DNA from: Ranitomeya imitator
Lineage: Eukaryota
DNA length: 64,000 nucleotides
NCBI RefSeq assembly: GCF_032444005.1
Contig: NC_091285.1
Span: 670,964,001-671,028,000, forward strand
Reading direction: 5' to 3'
Each line of letters opens with the position of its first letter. The first letter of the stretch is position 1. The notes under the pieces were generated by a model. The model saw only the letters and a program-made list of their open reading frames with translations, was not told where the DNA came from and ran no database searches. Below, piece by piece: positions 25,301 to 34,572 of the stretch. A program made the translations under genes and the position numbers.

Positions 25301-28300
25301 GCGTGGAACTTGAGGCAAATACTAACGTTAAGGGTACCGTCACACAGTGGCACTTTGATCGCTAGGACGGCACGATCCGTGACGTTCCAGCGATATCGTT
25401 ACGATCTCGCTGTGTCTGACACGCTACTGCGATCAGGGACCCCGCTGAGAATCGTACGTCGTAGCAGATCGTCTGAAACTTTATTTTGTCGCTGGATCTC
25501 CCGCTGACATCGCTGAATCGGCGTGTGTGACACCAATTCAGCGATGTCTTCACTGGTAACCAGGGTAAACATCGGGTTACTAAGCGCAGGGCCGCGCTTA
25601 GTAACCCGATGTTTACCCTGGTTACCAGCGTAAACGTAAAAAAACAAACATTACATACTTACCTTCAGCTGTCTGTCCCCGGCGCTGTGCTTCTCTGCAC
25701 TCCTCCTGCATCCTGTGTCAGCGCCGGCCAGCCAGAAAGCACAGCGGTGACGTCACCGCTCTGCTTTACGGCTGACCGGCGCTGACAGTGCAGAGGAAAG
25801 CACAGCGCCGGAGGACAGACACAGAATGTAAGTATGTCATGTTTTGTTTTTTACGTTTACGCTGGCAACCAGGGTAAACATTGGGTTACTAAGCGCGGCC
25901 CTGCGCTTAATAACCCGATGTTTACCCTGGTTACCAGGGACTTCGGGATCGTTGGTCGCTGGAGAGCTGTCTGTGTGACAGCTCTCCAGTGACCAAACAG
26001 CAACGCTGCAGCGATCGACATCATTGTCGTATCGCTGCAGCGTCGTTTCAGTGTGACGGTACCTTAAGAGGGTTTTCTCGAGAGCTAATTAACACATTAC
26101 TGCTAAGTAGGAAGAAGTCTACAACTTTAATATATAGCAGAGTATGGAGAAAATTCCTCACCTTCTATACAAAACTTTTCTCTAGCAAGGTTCCTATTAA
26201 AGCTATCCTAGAATTTCTACAAAAAGACCGAGCTCATGGCCCATCAGTCAATACTTTAAGAGTTCAGGTATCTGCTTTAGGAGCCCTTTATAGTGCTAAC
26301 ATAGCTGGTGACAGGTGGATAGCAAGATTTATTGGAGCATGTGAAAGGTGTATGGAGCGCCCCCAGACACAGGGCCACGCGTTTCGGTACCGGGCCTCTC
26401 TGCTTCGGTTCTGAGGCTGTCACGGTGGCTAGACCCGGTCCATGACCCTGCTAAGGGGCGTCCAATGTTATGAAAGGTAATTCAGTACCACAATGGACAT
26501 AGAGGTCAGCGCACATACAGTGACCTGGCAATAACCCAAAAAACAAGAACGAGCTCTGAGACGTGGGAACTCTGTTGACCGCAATCCCTAATCCTCTCCA
26601 ACCACACTAAAGGCAGCCGTGGATTGCGCCTAACGCTCCCTATGCAACTCGGCACGGCCTGAGAAACTAGCTAGCCTGAAGATAGAAAATAAGCCTACCT
26701 TGCCTCAGAGAAATACCCCAAAGGAAAAGGCAGCCCCCACATATAATGACTGTGAGTTAAGATGAAAAGACAAACGTAGAGATGAAATAGATTTAGCAAA
26801 GTGAGGCCCAACTTTCTGAACAGAGCGAGGATAGGAAAGGTAACTTTGCGGTCAACACAAAACCCTACAAAAACCACGCAAAGGGGCAAAAAGACCCTCC
26901 GTACCGAACTAACGGCACGGAGGTACACCCTCTGCGTCCCAGAGCTTCCAGCAAGCAGAAAAAAACAAATTGACAAGCTGGACAGAAAAAAACAGAAAAC
27001 AAATGGCAAAGAGAAACTTAGCTATGCAGAGCAGCAGGCCACAGGAACGATCCAGGAGGAAACAGGTCCAATACTAGAACATTGACTGGAGGCCAGGATC
27101 AAAGCACTAGGTGGAGTTAAATAGAGCAGCACCTAACGACATCACCACATCACCTGAGGAAGGAAACTCAGAAGCCGCAGTACCACTTTCCTCCACCAAC
27201 GGAAGCTCACAGAGAGAACCAGCCGAAGTACCACTTGTGACCACAGGAGGGAGCTCTGCCACAGAATTCACAACAGTCCAATAAAGGTGGTGGTGGTACA
27301 GTCTGTCAGGGGTTCGTGACGCCACCTGTGGTGTTCGGTCAGGGTGACCGACGCTGCTGTGGGGTCCGCTGGGGTGATGGAATGGCGGCTGGATGGTGTA
27401 CCTTCCCACAGGTGAAGTATGTCCCCAGGGCTTCCCAGTGATGTAGGTGGCGATGGTGTGAGGTGCAGGCAATAACGAGGACACAAGGTTGCAGTCTCTT
27501 TACCTCTTTACTGAAGGCTTCAAGATCCTCAATCCAGAGTACGTTTAACAGGGCTATCAGAGACCGGCCGGTCCGATGGGCACTTCGAGTTTCCTTCGCA
27601 GATGGAAATCGTTGCCTACCACTAGCGCCTGTGTGTTGTAGTGTTACCCTGCTGAGCATTCGGAATAGTCCTCACAACTGCTGTTCTTGTTCGTTCGTTC
27701 GTTCGTTCTCTACAGCGCTCTTTCTCTTCAGTTCCAGATGTTGCTAGTTTCTCGTCCCCAGGTATATTTTGGCTAGGACGCACCCGTATGACGGGAAGGC
27801 TTGGAGGTCTTCCGGGACCCTAGAGACGCCCCTCTCCCAATGTTGCCCCCTATGTCTACGTAGGAAATTTAAGGTAGACAGCCAACCTATAATTAACTGT
27901 CCGGCGGAGTTTGAAGTAAGGCCTGAAGTCAGTTACTCCTACGGTGTTCCGGCCACAGACTACGCGCCTCAGTAAGATGTTGCCTCTCTCTCTCGGCACG
28001 ACTCTTACTGGCTCTCCTTTATGCTTGATCTCGTTTACACGGTTCCACAATATCCTTCCCTTTGTGTCTCTCTCCTGGATACCGCCGCAGGGTGTGCAGG
28101 CGCGGTTCCGTTACGTTCTGCTCTGTTCGCTAGGCACCTGCCAGGTTCCCACGCCTGACAGGGATCCCCTGTGCCTTCTCCCTGCAACACCCCCTGCCAC
28201 GGGATGTTGCCTGAATCCGACCCAGTGAGCTTCTGACTAACTTCCTCCCCAGCCCCTAATTTTACCAATGTGAGGAGTGGCCCAATAAATAAAGCCTTTT

Positions 28301-31300
28301 TCTCCCCCTAGTGGCCGGAGTGTGAAGTGTAATGTGTTCTGGTGATACCTGGTCAGGAGAATCCCTTCAGTGCCATCAGACGTACCATCGCTCCCCTTAG
28401 TGGCAGAGTGTCATACTGCAATGACCAGATCTCTACATTCTATTTCTCTGATAAATATAGCCAGAAGAATAGGAGACACCCAGGCCCTCTCCATAGACCC
28501 TCCATTCTTAATTACAAACCAGGACAGGGTAGTTCTCAAACCAGATCCATCATATCTCCCTAAAGTAGCAACACCCTACCATAGATCTCAAGAGATTTTT
28601 CTGCCTTCCTTTTATGATAATCCATCAAATCCACAGGAAGAGAAGCTACATATGTTGGATGTGAAAAGAACAGTCTTAAAGTATATAGAGAGAACCCAGT
28701 CCTGGAGACAGAGTAGGGCTCTGTTTATATCTTTTCAGGGTCACCGAAAAGGCCACGGGGTCACAAAGGCTACTTTGTCTCGCTGGATCAGAGATGCCAT
28801 CTGTCTAGCCTACCTAACTAAAGGCAAAGATCCTCCACAAGAAGTAAAAGCACATTCAGCTCGGGCCGTATCCTCCTCTTGGGCGGAGAATAAAGACATC
28901 TCCATCGAGCTTATACGTAAGGCCGCAACCTGGTCGTCGCCTTCAACATTTTATAGACATTATAGTCTTGATCTTTGATCTATCTTCTACATCTGACTTG
29001 GCATTCAGGAGAGCTGTCCTCAGCATGGTGATCCCACCCAGGTGAAGGTTCTCTGTAAATCTCTTTGTGGGTGCTGTCGTGGCGAAGGGTAAAAAGCTGG
29101 ATTACTTACCGGTAATATCCTTTTAATGAGCCACGACAGCACCCTGTCACTTCCCACCCTAGTTAGTTATGTATAGTTATTTATACAAAATATTCTCATG
29201 GGTGAATATAAATAAGATGAAATGTACAAACAAATTACGGACATATATACTAATTTAACAACGGTGGTTCCTCTTGTACTCTGAAACAACTGAGGAGGAG
29301 AGGGGGACCGCCCTTTTTATATCTGTAGGTTTCCAGGTCCCTCTCTCACTGTGGGTGCTGTCGTGGCTCATTAATAGGGCATTACCGGTAAGTAATCCGG
29401 CTTTTTCAAGGCTTGTGGGGCAGTGATTGGCATATATATATTCCAGAACCCATCAACTTAATTATTCCGGCCATACATTGTATATAAATATTGGACAAAC
29501 CGCAGATTTGGGCACAACTGGTCAACTGTATATCGAGTTTAGGGGTGTCCTGGCTCCCCGCTACATATGTTGGGTTAAAAAATAAAGCATTGGGCATGTT
29601 GAATTTCTACAAGCCCAATCCTTTGTCCTTTAGATCCAATACTGCCTGGCTTTTTACCTTCACTAGCTACAAGCCCAGCGGGTATGTGGGTGTGCGGAGA
29701 AATGGCTGTCCACTAAATGACCATTCGGCTGACATCCAAGGGGGTTATGACCACCTTTACTGATCAATTTTACAAATTTTTCTGTTGTAGGTCTGTTGGC
29801 CCAAATTTGGTTTTAAAGCATTAATAGCGTATACTGTATATTCACAGCTGCGGACACCCCAAATAATCCCTCCAGTAACCCCAAACAGCAAGCCACAGCC
29901 AATCAGTCCTGCGGCACTAAACCTCGCAGAAAGCTTCCTTCTGCAGATCCTGGGACCCCAAGCACGGCGGAGCTGTACAGGGTCCTGAGACTGGCGCCCC
30001 CCAGCAGGTGACGAGATCAGACATTACTTACCCAGCCATTATAAACTGATAGCAATAATAAGTCTACAGGAAATTACAATAATCGAAAATTGGCATCTGC
30101 CATATTGTGCACAGATTACCTGCGCTCACCTGTATGCATCAAAGGGTAGAGTAGAAATGCATCTTGTGTAGTCTGATCTGTTACTAATGCAGACCTAATC
30201 CTTCTCACAGCTGAGCGTTTGCTGCTTTATTTCCAGTCTACACAATGCTGTATAAGACTGATCTGTAGCTCAGAACAGGACGGAGATTTTCACTGCAGCA
30301 ACTGTTGTGGCTCATAAAGAAAAGACTACTGCAAAGTCATTTTTATTAATATATGTATACCTGCGTAATGTTGTTCCCAGGTCCATGAAGACTCATAGAT
30401 GTGAGAGCAGCTGTCGTCAAGACACAGAATCAGAGGAGAGTAGCCAGAGATGGAGTGACAGCCTGTCACCAAGTAGCGAGTGTNNNNNNNNNNNNNNNNN
30501 NNNNNNNNNNNNNNNNNNNNNNNNNNNNNNNNNNNNNNNNNNNNNNNNNNNNNNNNNNNNNNNNNNNNNNNNNNNNNNNNNNNNNNNNNNNNNNNNNNNN
30601 NNNNNNNNNNNNCAATAATATAACTACTATAATACTGCCCCTATGTACAGGAATATAACTACTGTAAGGCTGTGTGCACACGCTGCGGATCCGCAGTTTT
30701 CCGAAAGTTTACAGTACCATGTAAACCTAAGGGGAAAAAAACCGCTGTGCACATGCTGCGGAAAATGCAGCGCGGAAACGCTGCGGATTTTTTTCCGCAG
30801 CATGTCAATTGTTTGTGCGGATTCTGCAGCAGGTTTCAACCAGCACCAATAGGAAAGTGCTGGTGAAAACCCGCAGAAGAAACCGCTAGAAAATCCGCAG
30901 TGAAAACCGCAGTGGTTTTGCACTGCGGATTTTCCAAATCCGCTGCGGAAAAATCCGCAGGAAAATCCGCAGCATGGGCACATACCCTTATACTGCTCCC
31001 TATGTACAAGAATATACTATAATACTGTCACCTATGTACAAGAATATAACTACTATAATACTGCCTCTATGTACAAGAATATAACTACTATAATACTGCT
31101 CCTATGTACAAGAATATAACTACTATAATACTGCTCCTATGTACAAGAATATAACTACTATAATACTGCCCCTATGTACAAGAATATAACTACTATAATA
31201 CTGCCCCTATGTACAAGAATATAACTACTATAATACTGCTCCTATGTACAAGAATATAACTACTATAATACTGCCCCCATGTACAAGAATATAACTACTA

Positions 31301-33352
31301 TAATACTGCTCCTATGTACAAGTGTTGGGTTGAACAATTAATAAAATGTTCACTCTCTAGTTGCCTACTCCTGGCCTAATGGATATTGATCAGGTGCGCA
31401 CTAAAGAAATAAACATATGACACAGTCAGATGTAAACTCTCCTTGATCAATCTATGGCTCAGCTCCAAGGGGTTTATTTAGTCAGGACACAGATTTATAT
31501 AACCCCTGTAAAGGGGGCTCGGTTAACTTTAAAATGGGAGTGATCGGATGCATTCCATTGGTTAGTGGGTTGGGCAATGAGCAAGTCCATGGTCGGATCC
31601 ATGAGGTCATCAGGGTGGGTTGGTCCATGAGGTCATCAAGGTGGGCATCACTGTGGGTGGAACCATGAGGTCATCAGGGTGGGCGTTATCTTGGATACAA
31701 GCACATGGCTCTGATATAGGAAATGGCAGCCATCTTTAGGGTCTCACTTTAATCTGAGAAAGCTTAAGTAAGGTTAAACAATACACGTTATGGGTCACTT
31801 GTCTCAACCTCTTATGTCTTGAGGTTAATTAAGTATTTGATCTTATGGCTCTCCTCAACACAAGAATATAACTACTATAATACTGCCCCCTATGTACAAG
31901 AATATAACTACTATAATACTGCCCCCTATGTACAAGAATATAACTACTGTAATACTGCTCCTATGTACAAGAATATAACTACTATAATACTGCCCCTATG
32001 TACCGGAATATAACTGCTATACTACCGTAGCTTACAAGTTTAGACCTGTTTTGGATTTTTTTTCTCCCATAAATCCTTCTTTGATTTTTATGAACTCTCC
32101 TTCTAGCTCCAGAGCTGCACGCTCTTCCTCAGTTCGTGATTCCCTTTAAGCTGAGCATGACCCCTTATCTTCGCCCCAGGCCCACCCCAGTAAGCTTGCC
32201 TCGCAGCCACTCTGAGCCTCGCACACCCGCTACCGCAGAGCTCTTTAGAGCCTTGCATCTTACTCCAGCTGACAGGTGAGGGGTAAAAAAGAGAAACTGT
32301 AGGAAATGTTAGGGTTTTGTGCACCTCTGGGTGGCAGGGTAAATTTGGTGATGGGTGATATTTATTCTTGGGGAGGAAGTTTAGTTTTTGTGCTGACTTT
32401 TCTCTTTTGGGCTTGTAGCATACCTTCAGTGAAGAAGGGGCGTGGAGATGAATTAAGAAGATCCATCCTCCATCATTCCCACCGCAGAGCCAGTATCTCC
32501 AAGGCTGCGGAGTCGCCTTGTTGCAATGACGATGTCAGGAGACGTGAGGAAACTCCGCACTGTCCCTATGAGTTGGATTCTCTGTCTTCTGAAGATAGCA
32601 GACAGACGCACGGAGAAGCGGACACTCCCAATAGTGATGTGCTGTCCTCGACTAAGGAGAACTCTGAATGTTTTGACAATGACTCTTTGTACAGAGTGAC
32701 TCCTCTTCATGACGCCACCTACGTCTACCATGGAGAGAACGTACCTCATCTTAGGGTTGATGACCACTGCTGCAGCCAACATGGGGACCAAAGCTTGTGG
32801 CCATGTCAAGAGCTGGAGAATAAATTTTCCACTAGGGCTTCTTCTAATAGCACCATTAATAAAAAGCCAAAAGTGACCCTCCAGGATGACGACCGCAGAT
32901 CACGAGATACCCTTCATCCTCAGGATGCTTGCAGAAGTGGGTCACAAGAGAGACCACTCTTTAAAGACCAATGTAGAACCAGATCCAAGGAAGATGTTCG
33001 CCGTAGAAGTCTCCCCTGCCACCAGTCCAAAGTCATTCTCCATTTTGAAGATGATGGTACCATGGAAAGAAACAAGGCACCTCCTCATGGCACATCCAAG
33101 AGGAGAAGATCATTGGACTCTCTTCACAAACATGGCTGCAAAGCCCAGTCGAAAGAGAGCCATTCTCTCCATAAGAGATCATCTCGTCCCCACAGAGACT
33201 CCTTGTACACCTCAGGTCCGGGATGTTCACCCCTTCATTTACATCACTCATGTCCATCTGCTCGAAATGCTACACCATGCACTACTAAATATGTAGTGTC
33301 ATCAAATCTTTATGCTGACCTGTTCACCCATGTTCAGGATTGCTCCTTCTAA
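19304..33352 (+). CDS. SSX2IP/ADIP (afadin- and alpha-actinin-binding protein)-like coiled-coil protein; exons 19304(ATG; acceptor ~19290)-19453, 19536-19671, 19818-19951, 20746-20919, 21218-21329, 29848-30007, 30381-(gap at 30484), 32419-33352
   Basis: GT-AG junctions with continuous phases (0, 1, 0, 0, 1, 2). Peptides ENTELKKFHEQMRREV, LTASLKKQWNSLKQLVE, VISVTDHEKELTRLKKEV..ITQQQQLLQ, DAYFLEEQLRL..FTEAAIRLGRE and FMKQQFLSMT follow, in order, the recalled SSX2IP motifs (ENAELKK, LTNSIRKQW, VISRQDHEQE, FTEAAIRLGLE, KQQFLNMT). The link across the N-gap to the last exon is inferred. Confidence 0.82.
22215..23450 (+). pseudogene. DIRS ORF1 (gag-like with CxxC..CxxC zinc finger), frameshifted
   Basis: KSKHKECTVC / LCPSCI, then DVAVASTSKQSSLPVEDAGILLDPLDCKTEALLK..LVNAARLAL*; in-frame TGA at 23145-23147. 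Confidence 0.75.
23344..25171 (+). pseudogene. DIRS RT / RNase H / DAM-methylase-like ORF, frameshifted
   Basis: VGGRLKFF, GFYSPLFLVPK, LDLKDAY, AMPFGLSMAPQVFTK, PYLDDFLI, VTTDAG, SSNWKELNAV, SDNTTVVTYLNRQGGTRS, HIRGVENSKADFLSR, PQIDLFAT and YAFPP across ORFs 23167-23844, 23793-24293 and 24317-25171. Confidence 0.92.
25332..26064. mobile_element. PIF/Harbinger-type MITE inserted in the DIRS YR gene
   Basis: TAA|GGGTACCGTCACAC...GTGTGACGGTACCT|TAA. Removing it restores ATA CTA ACG TTA AGA GGG TTT (ILTLRGF). Confidence 0.92.
26353..28430. mobile_element. LTR-like element (starts TGGAGCGCCCCC) inserted in the DIRS YR gene, right end truncated
   Basis: 27843-28430 is homologous to 54930-55548, which ends ..GACCAGGTCTCTGGGGCGCTGTA (inverse of the left terminus); this copy stops at ..GACCAGATCTCT. 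Confidence 0.7.
26466..27275 (-). mobile_element. Solo LTR (810 bp, TGTT..AACA) nested in the previous element
   Basis: Flanked by the direct repeat GTCCAA at 26460-26465 and 27276-27281; TATTTAA TATA-like box on the - strand. Confidence 0.85.
30668..30987. mobile_element. Harbinger-like MITE (GGCTGTGTGCACAC.. / ..GCACATACCC) with internal CCGCAG repeats
   Basis: Imperfect TIRs with TAA and TTA flanks. Confidence 0.7.
31323..31860 (-). mobile_element. Solo LTR (538 bp, TGTTG..CAACA), ERV-like, 4-bp TSD CAAG
   Basis: CAAG at 31319-31322 and 31861-31864. On the - strand: U3-type repeats (CCATGAGGTCATCA x3), CCAAT, TATATAA and AATAAA in LTR order. Confidence 0.88.
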
Positions 33353-34572
33353 ATAATCTGAACTTGGGTAATTGGGAGAGACTTGATTACATTTATTTTT
33401 AGGACAAGACCCTCTAAATTATTGAGCCCCTTTATCTATAAAGGCTTGTCACCATTTTTGATGGGTCCTGGGTAATCAATTTGGATTAGGACTTCCTAGT
33501 TTGAAAGCACTTAAACGAGTTTCCAACCCTACATCCATAATGGCATCTTAGTTGGCACCACTCATGTTTTTAAGGAGTAATGACCCCCCCCCCCCCAAAA
33601 AAAAAAAGCTCTTATCTGTGTCTTGTACCCCCATTGATGTGCATTTTTTGTGAATGGGTAGTTATCATTTGGTGGAGGAACCCACTGTTTCTTGATCGCC
33701 TACCACAATTTTGAGGGCAGGAGTAAGGGAGTGCATTTCAAACTTTTTGTAGAGCATTGCGCACCATTTTTGCACATTCTGGAGCACTATGGGGTTTGGA
33801 TTTGTGTTTACAGAAATTACTGATATTATAAAATTGATGTCTGTATTAAAAATAATTAAAGCCATAGGCAATTCCCTAGTGTGCCTGATTCTTTGGGCCC
33901 TACTACGGAGCAGGTGTTGGTGATGAAGACCCATTGAGTGTTTATGGGTAGAACAGGATGAAGCTCATCACTACATAAGAGCATGCGTGATCACATACCA
34001 GGTCTAAGACCGGTGATATATGGTGATGAGACGGCAGATGACGGATGGGCTGGCGGCCGGGTGCTCACATACCAGCGTTCATTCATGTACTGGACCTCAT
34101 TCAGTAGTTGAGTTCACTGGTGGAGGAATCCCAGTTATGCGCGGGTCACATATTTGCTTTTATATCCATAATGAGCAAATCCTCTAATTTTTACGTATCC
34201 ACCCATTGCTTACTTAAAGGCACGCCAAGGCTCCATTAAGCCTCCAGATGTCAAGGCCCAACCACAATAATAATAAAAAAAAAAATATTAAAGGCTTTGG
34301 ACAAATTATTATTTTTTTTTTTTAAAGATCTGATAATAAAATTATTACAGGATGTTTCCCAACAATTGTCTGTAATTTGTGGGGAATCAGACAGCAAGTA
34401 TTACATGACAGCCATCAGTCAGATCAACAAATGCGCTGGATCCGCCAGAGCACGGGGGTGCGCAATTCACTTTCCCTAGGGGCCACATGAGTGTGACTGT
34501 TGTGGAGGCCGAACCTATAGGCTGAAATTGTTGTGGAGGCCGAACCTATAGGCTGAAATTGAGCACAATTAA

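Larger units (their letters stand above)
25235..28978 (+). pseudogene. DIRS tyrosine recombinase, split into 25235-25331, 26065-26352 and 28431-28978
   Basis: LSQGPF..LHLTAWNL / RGFSRELINTLLLSRKKST..LRVQVSAL / ARRIGDTQALS..PSYLPKV..LDVKR..KAHSARAVSSSWA..AATWSSPSTFYRHY (R..H-x-x-R..Y-type catalytic motifs). Confidence 0.9.
21426..29406 (+). mobile_element. DIRS-1-type tyrosine-recombinase retrotransposon, full-length but disrupted, in an intron of the SSX2IP-like gene
   Basis: Left ITR 21439-21531 is the inverse of right ITR 29287-29366. The ICR at 29066-29144 is complementary to both outer termini. T-tracts at both ends and no TSD. Gag, RT-RNase H-methylase and YR ORFs in the canonical order. 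Confidence 0.95.
30613..32015. repeat. 35-bp satellite (ATAACTACTATAATACTGCCCCTATGTACAAGAAT), interrupted by a MITE and a solo LTR and abutting the N-gap 30484-30612
   Basis: Period measured 31081 to 31116. Confidence 0.93.

Noticed and set aside
34498-34559. Exact 31-bp direct duplication next to the Helitron
   Set aside because: Most simply a local slippage duplication; no functional signal.
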